Shown here: positions 1-12,275 of the stretch, piece after piece
How positions within the stretch are numbered: the stretch's first letter is position 1
How the letters are laid out: each line of letters begins with the position of its first letter
Source: Sporopachydermia quercuum
Lineage: Eukaryota
Assembly (NCBI GenBank): GCA_001599295.1
Contig: BCGN01000004.1
Coordinates: 1,241,676 to 1,305,675, forward strand
Direction of reading: 5' to 3'
DNA length: 64,000 nucleotides
The notes under the pieces: generated by a model
What the model was told of the DNA's origin: nothing
The model's input: the letters and a program-made list of their open reading frames with translations, nothing else
The model's database searches: none
Program-made: the position numbers and the translations under genes

Positions 1-133
1 CTCATTCTTCTCTTTCTAATTAATAAGAAAAGGAAGGAGAAGAAGGAAAAAGAGTAAGAATTCTAATACAATTCTTCAATTTTTCTTAAAATTCATTTTA
101 TTTTACTGAATGATGTATGATCAGACAGCAACA
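1..133. repeat. Palindromic tRNA-upstream element, copy 1 (truncated by window edge; end of left arm, centre and full right arm present)
   Basis: Aligns without gaps to 60006-60138 with 4 mismatches and 1 N over 133 bp; ends ...ACAGCAACA 9 bp before tRNA-Ile. Confidence 0.9.
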
Positions 134-142
134 TTAACAAGC

Positions 143-216
143 GGTCTCTTGGCCCAGTTGGTTAAGGCACCGTGCTAATAACGCGGGGATCAGCGGTTCG
201 ATCCCGCTAGAGACCA
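143..216 (+). tRNA. tRNA-Ile(AAT)
   Basis: Acceptor stem GGTCTCT/AGAGACC, anticodon loop CT-AAT-AA, T-loop GGTTCGATCC, downstream oligo-T terminator. Confidence 0.97.
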
Positions 217-923
217 TATCATTTAATTTTTTTCTTTTTCTTGTTGTGATTCATTCGATTTGGCTTGAAATGTAAGAAGAAATGGAAGAAATGGAAGAAA
301 TTCCTAGAAATACGAAGATATAAACATTTATGGTTGCANTGAAGGTTATGAGATGTCCAGGGTTGTTTGTTCGAGGAACAAAGGTACCAAAGAGATTGAA
401 TATGCTTACAGCAGTTCACTTATTTGATGATTAGCTATTAATTAGAAACTATGCTTGTAATCTAGTTGAAAATTCATATTTATTCCTTTTTTTTTATAGG
501 TAAACACCTGTTATTGCTGATAAATTTTATATGGCATTATTGACCCATTGACGATTAGTTTGTAATACACCATCTATCTTTTGACCAAAATAAGAAGCAA
601 ACCACGTTCTTCTATTAATATTTGATTCTAAGAAAATCAATACGTAATCCTACAAAAGTGATAGTAACATAGATATTGAAGCGTCGAATATTTTTATACA
701 TTCGTAACTACATAATCATAAGAACACACTAAGATGACTCTTCCAGTGATTGTTCCAATGATTTCAGTGCAGTCGGTAGGTAAAATGAAAGAGGGAACCA
801 AAACAAAAACAAACCAACGGATCATTTTAAACTATCATAAATAACCTTCTAGGTTTACAAGAGTACCTGTCGATTATTGATAGATAACATGACAATGAAT
901 TAGTAATAACTTGGTTAACTCCT

Positions 924-2216
924 TTATTGTAAGGAAGAAGCACCAGTAATGATATCGACTAATTCGTTGGTGATAACGGCTTGACGAGTTCTGTTGTATA
1001 AAATGGAGTACTTAGAAATCATATCACCAGCGTTTTTGGAAGCATTGTCCATAGCATTTCTTCTGGCAGAAATTTCAGAAGCATGTCCTTCGGCCATGGC
1101 AGAATAAATGGAGTTTGTCAAGGAGTAATCTGACAATTGACTGTTGATGCTGTCTTCCTTGGATTCATCAATTTCGAAAACGTTGATGTTGCTTGATGCA
1201 GAAATTTGTTCTTCGGTGAAAACTGGGGCAGTTGTTGGTTCGAAAGAAACACCAGAAATGAACTTATTATAGAAAATCTCAACGGAGTCGTACTTAGAAT
1301 CTAATCCATTGATCTTATCAGAAATAAGGGCGGCTTCGTAGAATGTAGGAGCTTCCTTACCAACGCCGGAGATTCCAAGAACTAAATTGTCGGGATGAGT
1401 TCTAGATAACTGAGCCTTAACCTTTTCACCAACAGCAACGACATCGGCAGTAGGAACCTCAGCTAGTCTCCTTCTGGCAGCCTTACTGACTTGAGAGTGA
1501 ATAGAACCGCAAAGACCCTTGTCAGAAGAGATAACAATGATCAGAGTTTTTGGTTCAGTTCCTTCTGCAGCAGCGGCAGCAGCAGTTTCTGCCTTTTCGT
1601 AAAATTCCTTGTCTGCAGCTGAATACACTCTTGAGACACTCATAGCCTTTTGAGCCTTACCTAACTTAGTGGAAGCAACAATCTTCATAGTGTTGGTAAT
1701 CTTCTCAATGTTCTTGATAGACTTTAGTCTAGTCTCAATTTCTCTGAGAGTGGCATATGTTCTAATCGATATGTTAGTATATTACTTGTTGTATTAAGTA
1801 GCATATGCTGAATTAATAATCCTCAATTGTAGAGTATCCACTTTATAGATGATCAATCAACTGTATCGTAGCACCTTCGTCCATTGATTCCCGTCCCATT
1901 GTGCCGTGCAACTTAAGTAAATCATCGGTAGCAGTATTACTTTATAGCGCTAATCTATTGTTGATTCGACTACATTGTTCATCCCCAGTAGCAATTGCAC
2001 CATCAGTCCCCATCTTAATCTCAATCCCAATCCCCATCGCAATTTATATCGATTAATTTCTCCCAATTATCATCAAATATCGTGAAATATTAATTATCAT
2101 AGTTCTCATATCATCTATATATACTGGTCCACCACTTCTATGTGTGCATCATTAACTTACCTCACTGATGCCTGGGCGGCACCACAGGCGGATTTCAATC
2201 CAGTACGAGCAAACAT
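924..2216 (-). CDS. ATP3: Mitochondrial F1-ATP synthase gamma subunit; exons 2216-2161 and 1761-924
   Basis: Motifs ATLREIETRLKSIKNIEKIT, SSDKGLCG and RTRQAVITNELVDIITGA; intron 2160-1762 (GTAAGT...TACTAAC...TAG) joins presequence MFARTGLKSACGAAQASVR in frame. Confidence 0.96.
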
Positions 2217-2489
2217 TTTGAACTTCTAACCGAAAAATCAAAACAACACAAGTTCAATATCGAGAAATGTATCGTCCTGTCTCAAAAACACGTCAATTAG
2301 CAAACTCCAAATGTGTATTATTTGTTCATGTATGCCTTCCACCTATTGAAAAAGGGGAAGAACTACCAAGAATTGTCGACAAACATTTCCGGCCGTATAG
2401 AATCTACAGAAATAAGTGTGAATGGGTGTAGGAACAGCTACCCCCTGTTCTTAGTTTGTGATGGGCTTAATATGTGATAGATTTCACTT

Positions 2490-2499
2490 GTTACCCGGA
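2490..2499 (+). promoter_or_regulatory. Reb1-type site GTTACCCGGA upstream of ATP3
   Basis: Matches Reb1 consensus TTACCCG; the same 10-mer occurs at 39156-39165 (minus, upstream of SPT7) and 53188-53197 (AAR2/ILS1 divergent promoter). Confidence 0.55.
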
Positions 2500-2851
2500 A
2501 AATAGGGTCTGGCTTTCGAATACTGTTGTGCTGATAATGCCAAAGCGGATTCTGCATATAGGTGTTAGGAATAATATAACGGTGATATTTGAAGGGTCTA
2601 TTGGGAATTGAGTTACTTTTTAAAGGGTCTCATTCTGGAAATGCGACGAGGCAAACCATAGAATATAGCGACTACATTGACAAGAAGAGATCATAAGAGA
2701 TAATATTGATAATGCTTATAGCAGTAACATCCACAAGAGCTGAAACATAGATATGAAGTTTTACTATCTTTGAGTTTTATTTTGTTATGAAACGAGAAGG
2801 AAGCTAACGAGTTTGAAAAACCATTGACCCATGGTGATTATTTAATTACTC

Positions 2852-4069
2852 TTATCGGTAGTAGTTGGGGGTGACAAAAGGGAGTTTGGTCACTTCACCA
2901 GGTCTCTTCTTTCCTCGGACTTCAATATTTACTGCAGTACCTGTTTTTCTGTACTTCTTATCAACATATCCCATTGCAATGTTCTTACCAAGAGTAGGGG
3001 AAAATGAACCCGATGTGACTTCACCAATGAGAGTTTCACCATCCTCGGAGAAGATTTTAGCATTTTCCCTAGCAGCAGGTCCAGTAGCGAAAAGACCCAC
3101 TCTTGCTTTAGTAACTAAAGATTTATCATTCAAGATTTTCAAAATGGTATCAGAACCGTTGAACGTAGCAGTTTCTGGTGTTCTTCGGTTTTTGCCGATA
3201 ACCCAAGTTAGACCAGCTTCAATTGGATTGATTTCTTCAGATAATTCATGTCCATAAAGACACATACCTGCTTCCAAACGTAAGGAGTCTCTGGCAGCTA
3301 GTCCAATTGGTTTCACATAACCAGAACTATCTCCTAATAATTCTTTGGCAAAATCAACAGCTTCGGGACCTGGAATAGCGATTTCTACTCCATCTTCACC
3401 TGTGTAGCCACCTCTTGAAACGTGATACTTTTCTTTCTGACCAGCAAAATCAATGAAATCAACATGCCCAAACTTCAGATCTTTCAAGTTGTAATTTGTG
3501 TATTTTTGTAAAACGTTTACAGCTTCGGGACCTTGTAGAGCCAATAATGAACCTGATAATAGATCATGCTTGACATCCTCCTTGCCCTCAAATGCGCTCA
3601 ATTGAGCAGCGATGAATGCCAAATCTTTCTCTCTGCAACCAGCATTTGTTACTACATAAAAATCAGTGTCAGAGTGTTTAGCGATAATCGTGTCATCAAC
3701 AATTCCAGCTGATTTATTCAAAATGACTGAAAGTGTAGATGCATTCTTAGGCAATGTGACCAAATCAGCTGGTGTGAAACTCTGCAGAAATTCAAGAGCT
3801 TTCGGGCCAGAAAACTTATGTTGCAACATATGAGAAACATCAAATAAGCCTGCTTTGGTTCGGGTCCAATTGTGTGATTCAATATGGGTTTGATCTTTGT
3901 ATAAAACTGGCATCTCGTATCCTGCATAAGGCACCATTTTACCACCTAGCTCTATATGTAGGTCATAAAGTGCTGTTTTAGCTAATGGTCCATTGCTATT
4001 AAATCTCTTCAAACAAGAAAATCTGGAAGCCCCAGTATTCAACAGTCTTGCTGCTTTGTTCTGAAACAT
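2852..4069 (-). CDS. GCV1: Glycine cleavage T protein (aminomethyltransferase), mitochondrial
   Basis: KTALYDLH, GLFDVSHM, GYTGEDG and GLAARDSLRLEAGMCLYG motifs; basic N-terminal presequence. Confidence 0.97.
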   Translation of the reverse strand: MFQNKAARLLNTGASRFSCLKRFNSNGPLAKTALYDLHIELGGKMVPYAGYEMPVLYKDQTHIESHNWTRTKAGLFDVSHMLQHKFSGPKALEFLQSFTPADLVTLPKNASTLSVILNKSAGIVDDTIIAKHSDTDFYVVTNAGCREKDLAFIAAQLSAFEGKEDVKHDLLSGSLLALQGPEAVNVLQKYTNYNLKDLKFGHVDFIDFAGQKEKYHVSRGGYTGEDGVEIAIPGPEAVDFAKELLGDSSGYVKPIGLAARDSLRLEAGMCLYGHELSEEINPIEAGLTWVIGKNRRTPETATFNGSDTILKILNDKSLVTKARVGLFATGPAARENAKIFSEDGETLIGEVTSGSFSPTLGKNIAMGYVDKKYRKTGTAVNIEVRGKKRPGEVTKLPFVTPNYYR

Positions 4070-4915
4070 CTTTCTATATCGTAATTTGAAGTACCCTCCT
4101 ACAATTGACTATTATGTATCTTATTCTTATCTTGTACTACTTGATTTTGGTGTTCTAAGATTACTGTGATAAGGTTCCCTCCCAGAAATATCTTATTCTG
4201 TTTCTCCTAAGTTTTACTTGAGCTTCAACAATTGTAAAAAAAATAATACTCGATATCAGATTGTTGACAACCACTTACTTTTTATATTTATTTCTCATCT
4301 CCAATTTGTCCATGTTGCTTAGTTAATGTAGGTTGTAACTATTTACTTTTTCTGACCCGGAGTCTGAACTCTCCTCCACCGAGTCACATTACCTCTTCTT
4401 GTCTTGATACCCTTGGGTGTCTTTAGCTACATGTGAATAATAGTTGATTTATGAAGTCCCTACAAAATGACACATGGACAGTACTCGATAAGAGTTACAT
4501 ATCATTCTGCTGCATGATTCAAAAGCAAAGAGATGATACCGGGATATTCAAAAGAGAAAGTGGTTATTCAACTACAAGATGCTTTTACCCTTACATCTTT
4601 GCAAGTTATAAGAGTAAATCGAAATCGAATAGTTGTGACAAAAATAAACTCTAAGTTAAAATTAAGGTTTAACTTTGTTGCACTCACGCATATAAACCAA
4701 ACGTTAATCAGATCCTNGGGAATATCAACTTCGTTCTGCTAACTGATTTTACAAGTAGATTTTCTCTATCATTTGAGATTGACACCAAGCATAAAAACTG
4801 AAATGTAAACTGTTATTACTGCTATTATCATTACTATTATTATACAGAAAAGTGATTACACACAAACTCATATTGATGCAAAATCGTTATTGCTTTTTGG
4901 TGGATCTGAGATCGA

Positions 4916-7768
4916 TTAGCTTGAACCGCTAACTCCTCCAGAGAAGGCTAAAGCCCAAGTTCTACTCATACCATCATCTAGCCATTTATCCTGGAATCCT
5001 TCTTGAGCGAAGAAATTGTAAGAAGAGACCGGATCAAATAATGCTTGATTCAATTTGAGAATACCTGTCCAACCGCTATCAACATTTGATAATATTGGTT
5101 CAATACTATCAGTCCATTCTTGACTAACAAAATCAGGGCTTCTGATATTTGAACTGACAGGTGTAATAGGTAACATATGAATACCATGAATGTATTCTTC
5201 ATTTGTTCCAAAGTATGTGGTGTGATCAATTTTGTTATCAAATAGAATGCCAGATACTCTGTTGACAGTAATTTCACTCGGTTGAATTGTATTTCCATCG
5301 GAGTATAGAAAGTAAAGGTTAAGACTTCTTTTCATAATAGAAATCATTAAATCACCTCTATATTCCATCGACTTATCACCAATTACTTTACCCCATAATT
5401 TCATACCGTAAGCAAAGTTATAATCTTCAGATGTTGATTCTTCATCTTTACCGTCTGCACTTTCAAATAAACCTTTAGCCCAGGAATGTCCAGCAAACCA
5501 GTCAAACGATCTAGAAACAGGGAAGTAAGTGTCAGCAGTTGAAGGATTGGCAACATCTCTTATTAAAGAATTTACCCAATCGGCATTTTCAACTGCCCAG
5601 GTTCCGTCCCCATACTTTTGATCAACATAACCAACTATGGCTGCTGCGTGAATGAAATAACCGTAATGAAAATGATGATCATTATAATAAGGAGAACCAA
5701 AATCTTCTAAACCATTTCCTGGCTGGCCAGCAGACGAAGTGACACCCTTGAACAGTGTGTCATAAATCAAAGGAAATTGTTGATTGTTGGAAGTGAACTG
5801 AGCGAAAGCTTTTTTCAGTTCGTCTAAAGTATTCTTAGTTACGTCCTCATCCTTAATGATATCACTTAAAACCAAAAGAATATAAGCATATTTGTCAAGC
5901 ATCTTTCCAGAAAAGTATGTGGAGGATAAAAGAACACTTGAAGGGATATCAACTGAAAGCTCTTTATTGGCTACTTCAGCTAAAAGACTCAATGCATCTC
6001 CATCATAAGTAAGAACCGATCCTAACTGTTGACTCCAAGGTAAAAATTGAATATCAGTGTTCAGAGTTTCAGTCATTTCTAAGACATTTGCAAGATATCC
6101 TGTCATAACTCCTTTGGTGGTTGAATCTAATTTTAATCCAGTATAACCAGAAGAAGTTTTTGATGTTAATGAAGATACGTGATGAGGCAATGCGTACACC
6201 AGAATCTTTCCAGAAGAACTCGAACCGACGATATTATAATTGATAGCATATGTTGCAACAGAACTATCAGAGACAGAGCCAGAGAGGGAAGCAGATGTGG
6301 GATAAGCTCCTGCTGCACTATCAATAGCAGAAGTTGAAACAGATGAGTCAGTTGGAGTAGCAGCAATTTGAATTATCAGTCCCTCAATATTTTCGGAGCC
6401 TTGAAGCTCAAATGCATCTTGAGATTCCAATACAAATTTTTGCTGGCTTGGGACAGTTACATAAATAAGCCATGTTGATCCATCGAATAGCTCTGCTTCA
6501 TACTTTTGCATGTTTCCCTCCGATGTTTGCGCAACAACTGAGTTGAAACCAACTTTACTTTTGATTGTGGGAACCAAGTCACCATGATAAACAACAGTTA
6601 CCAATCCCATTCCTTGAGCAATAGGACATTCAATGTAGTCGTTTGAATTTATTGATAGTTTTGCATTTACTGAGAATTGTTGTAAATTACTCAAGGATAA
6701 CTCAACGTTAGAACTATCAAAATCAGTAGCGGAGAAAATAAACGAGCTGACGCCAATAGGTTTGAAGTAATATTCAGTGTTTCCGCTTTCTGTTGTACCT
6801 CCAAACACGGCTTGAGAAGATGTCATATGAGAAACAGCGAGTCCATAATTATCAGACTTATCCCACCAGAGGTTATAAGGATAAGCAAAAGCTGTTTGAG
6901 TTTGACTTCCCAAAAACATATTGGCGTAGAATTTATTTGTTTCAATAGGATTACCATCATTTTGAACTGAACCTGTTAACACAAAGTTCAAGTCTTCTCT
7001 AGGGAAAACACTTGGTGGTGCATCAACAGAAATAGGTTCAAATAAAGAACCTGAGAAGTTGTCAACTGGTTTTGGATCTGATACGACCCCTGTTGGTGAT
7101 ACTATCACAACTGAAGACGACGTGACTTCTTTTTCAATGGAAGAAACTATTTCTGAAGATGTTGCTATTGTAATGAAAGTAGAAGAGGTTTCTGTCCATT
7201 GAGAACTATAGGTCTTTGTAGTAGACTCAGAAACAAATGTGAAGACAGAAGTACTTGTTGCGGTAGTTTGGGTTGGAATAACTGAACTTAACACTGAGGT
7301 AGAGGTAACTGCTTCAGACGTTGTAAAAACTTCTGTTGCTGTTGAAGTGGATTCAGAACGTTTAGGATCTAATTCCACATCTGAAACAAGGGTAATTCCT
7401 TCAGAAATGGTGCTGGTTTCTAAAGAAGTTTCCAACTCTTTTGATAGCGTAGGTAAATCAGTGATCAATGGCTGTTCTGTAATTATACTATCAATTGTTG
7501 AAATTAATGTACCGGAGTAAATGGTCTCAGGTATCGATGTTGCTTCATATATTGTGGAGTTTTCACCAAACTCCACTGTAGTTGATAGTTTAGTAACATA
7601 AATAGTTGATTTTGGCTCTTCAGCTGTAACTGTAACATATGTCAACGGCAGTAGACTAGTTATTATGTTCAGTTCAGTTTCCCATTCAACTTGTAAAGCT
7701 GATTGGGCCATGGAACAGTAATAACCAAGAAAGGCTATTAGAAGAAATAGTTTACTTTCATTCGTCAT
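4916..7768 (-). CDS. DSE4: Secreted endo-1,3-beta-glucanase, GH81 (Dse4/Eng1-like)
   Basis: Signal peptide, Ser/Thr-rich stalk, and PIETNKFY, YNDHHFHYGY, GHSWAKG, DEESTSEDYN GH81 motifs. Confidence 0.9.
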   Translation of the reverse strand: MTNESKLFLLIAFLGYYCSMAQSALQVEWETELNIITSLLPLTYVTVTAEEPKSTIYVTKLSTTVEFGENSTIYEATSIPETIYSGTLISTIDSIITEQPLITDLPTLSKELETSLETSTISEGITLVSDVELDPKRSESTSTATEVFTTSEAVTSTSVLSSVIPTQTTATSTSVFTFVSESTTKTYSSQWTETSSTFITIATSSEIVSSIEKEVTSSSVVIVSPTGVVSDPKPVDNFSGSLFEPISVDAPPSVFPREDLNFVLTGSVQNDGNPIETNKFYANMFLGSQTQTAFAYPYNLWWDKSDNYGLAVSHMTSSQAVFGGTTESGNTEYYFKPIGVSSFIFSATDFDSSNVELSLSNLQQFSVNAKLSINSNDYIECPIAQGMGLVTVVYHGDLVPTIKSKVGFNSVVAQTSEGNMQKYEAELFDGSTWLIYVTVPSQQKFVLESQDAFELQGSENIEGLIIQIAATPTDSSVSTSAIDSAAGAYPTSASLSGSVSDSSVATYAINYNIVGSSSSGKILVYALPHHVSSLTSKTSSGYTGLKLDSTTKGVMTGYLANVLEMTETLNTDIQFLPWSQQLGSVLTYDGDALSLLAEVANKELSVDIPSSVLLSSTYFSGKMLDKYAYILLVLSDIIKDEDVTKNTLDELKKAFAQFTSNNQQFPLIYDTLFKGVTSSAGQPGNGLEDFGSPYYNDHHFHYGYFIHAAAIVGYVDQKYGDGTWAVENADWVNSLIRDVANPSTADTYFPVSRSFDWFAGHSWAKGLFESADGKDEESTSEDYNFAYGMKLWGKVIGDKSMEYRGDLMISIMKRSLNLYFLYSDGNTIQPSEITVNRVSGILFDNKIDHTTYFGTNEEYIHGIHMLPITPVSSNIRSPDFVSQEWTDSIEPILSNVDSGWTGILKLNQALFDPVSSYNFFAQEGFQDKWLDDGMSRTWALAFSGGVSGSS

Positions 7769-9777
7769 AACTTCAAATGATGTGTGCTGAGATATGAACT
7801 TAGTGTTGCTACTCTATATGAAGTTTTGATGATGAGGTATATAAATAACTGAATAATTAACCTGCGTTTGTTTGAGTAAGAGACTCTGAAATTAACGGGT
7901 TGTTTGATAGAAGGAAAGATTTTAGTTGGCTGTGAATGAAAGAATGACTTAAGTTAGAAATGTAACTACGACTTTTAATTTTGGTTTAATATATCTAAGT
8001 AGTATGGTATATGCGACAGTTAGATGTAAAAAAAGAACTGTTGTTCATAAGGTGGTGGTTGTTCCATTATATACTAGACATATCGGAATTTACTACGTCC
8101 AACTGAAGATAGCTGTCAGGTGAACAAAATGGAATAAACAATCAGCTATTAAATAAAATGCTCTGAAAAGGACAAACTTGGTAATAATCGTTTAATAGGT
8201 GTACCTTTATAGCTGACAATGGCTTGATGTTCACTCAGTGGATGGCAGATTTAACCATTAAGGGCTTTTGACATACTAAATAATTTACGTTTGACTAATG
8301 ACATCCCAAAATGGTAACGAAACTAGCCATTTTACCAATTTTTATGCAATTTATAGTGACATCTTACTAATAAGGAAGGTGAATAGTTTATGGACTCCCA
8401 AATATGGAAGCAAATTATTTAAGGTTTGAATAGTAAAATTCCTAGTTGAGTAATATAATCGATGGAGGCTTGTCGTTTATTCTGAAAACCGTTAAACTTT
8501 CTTACATTAAAGATTACTTCTATACTCATTTGATTTTGACAGATCGCATGGAAGAAAGAAGAGAACTAACTATATGTACTATGATTGTAGACATTCAAAT
8601 GGTTGATAGGTTTGAGGTTTAACAGATTATAAATTGGTTTAGTTCATCAATAGCGTAAAGACAAATTTGGAATCTAGATATGATTTAAGCTAGCNAATGA
8701 ATCAATCGATATCAATGTACCACTCAGTCTAACAAANGATCTTCATAAACTAACGGATAATACTAATGATGATCTTACTGAGTGGTAAAATAAAGTCCAT
8801 TTCCCTGTAATTAATTACCAAAGATCTCTTGATAAATCTTTACCTGAATAAGTCTCCCTAGACTAATTTTTTGCCATTTTCAGTTGCTGCAAAGTTCTAA
8901 CCAATACTTTGTTTACCGTTTCAATTAATTTATGCTTGAAGAATACATTTCATAAATCACGCTAGGTATTGTCAGTCTATATTCTAATTAGATGCTTGGT
9001 TCCCTCCTTAAGAATATGTATAAGAACTATGCATTACAACAAGAAGTCCTACTACCAGATTCTATTCTTCAAACAAAGCACTATCAGTTGCTATCCGAAC
9101 AACCCAAGAACTAACGTTCTAGCTTCAACATAGAGAAACTAGTGGCACCACTAGACAATCATTATACAACACAGTTATCGCGAATAGTCATTCTCAGCTG
9201 CTGTTAGTATTGGAACGCATAAACTTAATGCAATCCATAACAATAAAAATCCCAATAAGATGTTCTACAGATCACAAACTCTTCTTTGTTTCAGTATAGT
9301 CAATCCTTCGAGATCTACCTCGTCCCCTTGAACTAAGCTTATTTTAAAGGTTGATTAAATCTGATTCATAGCGAGACACTGGGTTAAAGTTCTTATATGC
9401 AGGGTGTGCAGAATCAGGAAAAACTTAATCTATTTAAAGCTATTGGATTTAAACAAACAACCGTTTCAACCTGGAATAGGATCTTCTTGGCTTAGGAAAT
9501 CATTTTTCTAATTATAAGTAATTATCAGTTGGGAGTGTCTAAGGACGAGAGGCGAAGCCGATAAGATTTAGAGACTACAATTACTCCATGATTTAACAAC
9601 AGAATCAATTGTATGAATATTGAGACTGGGCTATTTTCTTATAAAAAGCTTGAATTTTCCTAACTATCGGCATTTTACTTCAGACCTCTTCTCATCAAAT
9701 AAATTTGGCGATCTTAATGCAAATCAATGGCACACTGATCTAATGAAAAGGACATCAGATACAACACGGACTTCAAA

Positions 9778-10269
9778 ATGAATTTGATTGATACAGTTCT
9801 CAGACTAACTATTTTTTTTCTCACCTTTACTGGTGTGAAGTCAGATACAGTGGCACCTGAAGAATTGTCTTTCGTTGGTGAGCTGTACTCCGATATCCAA
9901 TCAAGAGGATTGGATGAGTATATTTCATACATGTCAGCTCACACAATAGCTACACCTCTTGACCTGGTTTTATATCTGAACTCTGTGTTAAATGAATATG
10001 ATTCTGATGTCACAGAGATAACTGAATATTTGGCTACAGCTACTGATGTTCCTATTGATCGAATATACTCTTTTGGTGGAAATTTTCCATGGTTGGAAGC
10101 ACAAATTACTTCTATATCAAATGAGGTAGCCAGAGAGACATCACCATCTTCTGCTGAGAATACAAACTCTGCTGTTAGATTTAGCGATTCAGGGGACAAT
10201 CTGATGGTATATTTGCTTCCTGTCGTGATTATATTGACTTTAACTCTTAACTCGGTTGCTTTGTGGTGA
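9778..10269 (+). CDS. Small GPI-type cell-wall protein, probably Srp1/Tip1 (Pau/Tir/Afb1-like) family
   Basis: N-terminal signal peptide, 'ELYSDIQSRGLDEYISY...FPW' pattern, hydrophobic C-terminal tail. Confidence 0.65.
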   Translation: MNLIDTVLRLTIFFLTFTGVKSDTVAPEELSFVGELYSDIQSRGLDEYISYMSAHTIATPLDLVLYLNSVLNEYDSDVTEITEYLATATDVPIDRIYSFGGNFPWLEAQITSISNEVARETSPSSAENTNSAVRFSDSGDNLMVYLLPVVIILTLTLNSVALW

Positions 10270-10331
10270 AGTATAGAGTCTTAAAGTCTTCTAATATTAT
10301 ATTGATTGTGTAAAGCTGATCATCAAATGAT

Positions 10332-11360
10332 CTAATGATCAAATGATTTTATTACCGATTCAAGCTTTTCCACATAGCTCATGAATTGTTCATCCTCCAG
10401 CTTTGAGATAATCCACTGTTTTTCTGCTTCAGAGTCCAGCGGATTGTCTATTGGTACTTCAGAACTGTTTTTTCCTGCTCCTGTAGCCCATAATTTCTTT
10501 GGTAAAGAGATTGAAGTATATGAATCTGATTTTTTTCTTTTATTCGAANTTTCCGTAGGAACCGCCTTATCAGCTTGATCACCGCTAGTGTCAGTTACGA
10601 ATGAATTAGATATCACAAACTGATTGCCAACAAGTCCTAAGTTTTGATTCATATGGAGTGTACTCTGGGAATTGATACTCTGCGGTTGAGAGATAGAATT
10701 AGTATTCGCTTTAGCCATTTGAACGTTTGCTAGTTTCGACATGAAACCAAATTGGGAGAAAGTAGAAACGGCCAGATCAAATTCATCTCTTTCTTTAAAT
10801 TTGAACTGACATCGATTCATCTATATTGAACCTGTTAGAAATTTACCAAAAAGACTGTATATACAGGTACAGCAAAAAAAGTTTTTCTATACCATTATTT
10901 CTCCATCTTTTTCAATCAGGTATTTAAGTCCAATAGAAGGCCATCCAAAGATAACTAAAACAGGTAGACTGAACTGATCACTTCTCTCCGAAAACTGCTT
11001 AAATGCCTTCTGAATTTCAATCAAGCACTACAACTGATGTTAATAACAATATTCATTATGTGAATATCGACACAGGCGTCAAGACAGTGTTCAAACCAAT
11101 TTTCTATCTTGATAGTTGATCTGCAAATTAGGCGTGGAATTTGAGTTTGAATAAGCATTGTTCTCTGTATCATCTTGCTTGCTATCTACAAAAATCAGTC
11201 TTAGATTGTTCTTGTACGGGCAATGAATCCATTTATTTTGTTTCCCTTTAGCTTTCTCTTCATTTTTAGCAGTATCCTCAGAATTGAATAGCAATCCGTG
11301 TGGCGACGGAACCATATCTCTTAGATATGAGTACTTTTCAATCTTTACCTCTACATTCAT
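10332..11360 (-). CDS. REC114: Meiotic double-strand-break protein Rec114; exons 11360-11097, 11027-10893, 10820-10332 (~295 aa)
   Basis: N-terminal 'IEKYSY...PHG...KWIH', middle 'PSIGLKY...RCQFKF...EFDLAV' and C-terminal 'IISKLEDEQFMSYVEKLESVI' resemble Rec114 signature motifs; two phase-0 introns with branch-like TATTAAC/TTCTAAC and TAG acceptors join two ORF-track fragments. Confidence 0.8.
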
Positions 11361-12275
11361 ACTGTTATTGATCTCAGTTCATCTGCTTAATCCCACTCCA
11401 ATTATTACTAGAGCTTTGAATCTCAATTGACATGCTCCACTTTTCCATCAGCCTACTTCTTTGTAATAATACTCATAGTCTCCGTACTCTCACGACTTGT
11501 CTACTAATATAACTCATCGCTCAAGAACTCCTCAGATAAATAAAAACATCATCCCCCTTCTCTCAATTAAACTTCTGCTCACACTCCACAAAATTGCACA
11601 GACTTGTCGATTAATGTTTGTGGTATATTCCCCCAATTAAGGTTAAACGTTACATTCATATCATAAACCTTAACCTTATAAAACGATAGAATTGCAATTG
11701 TATTCACCATCTTGCACAATTTTTAATACAAACCAAGCTCTTAATACAGAATACATATTTGAAGTGAGTGAAAAATTTACAAAATAAACAAATAAGATAT
11801 ACAAAAAGGTAAGGTAGGTAATTTATTGTTTAGAAGTTAAAGAATTAGAAATGGATATTCAAGTTAGCCACACTGAGAAGAATATATGTATATAATGACA
11901 TTTGCAATTCATCTAACTGCATTAACGTCACGTCTCGTCTCGTAAATGTACCGTCCCATGAGCGATATATCTTGTCCCTTTCTATCGCTAAACAGGATGC
12001 GATGATAAGGAAAACACTGCAAATTGCGCAAGCGCCAAAAGTAAGAAGAAATGACTTCCATCATGTCAAATGGCGTTCTGCTTACAAATATAACGATGGG
12101 TATTGTAAATCTAAATGAACAACAAGAAGAGATTATAGTTTGAAAAGAGAAGTTCCATAAATAATGAACTTATGACTTAATTAGTTGGTTTCATGATTAT
12201 ATATATAGACATATGGGACCCTACTTAACTTTTGTTTAACTTGACTCTGGTGACATACCAAGTATATCAAATGAC

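Noticed and set aside
2865..3257. Antisense or out-of-frame ORFs overlapping real genes (also 7239-7520, 12485-12886, 15328-15942, 22180-22566, 23422-23814, 42703-43062, 53608-54042, 62471-62773 and others)
   Set aside because: Shadows of well-supported CDSs with no recognisable motifs
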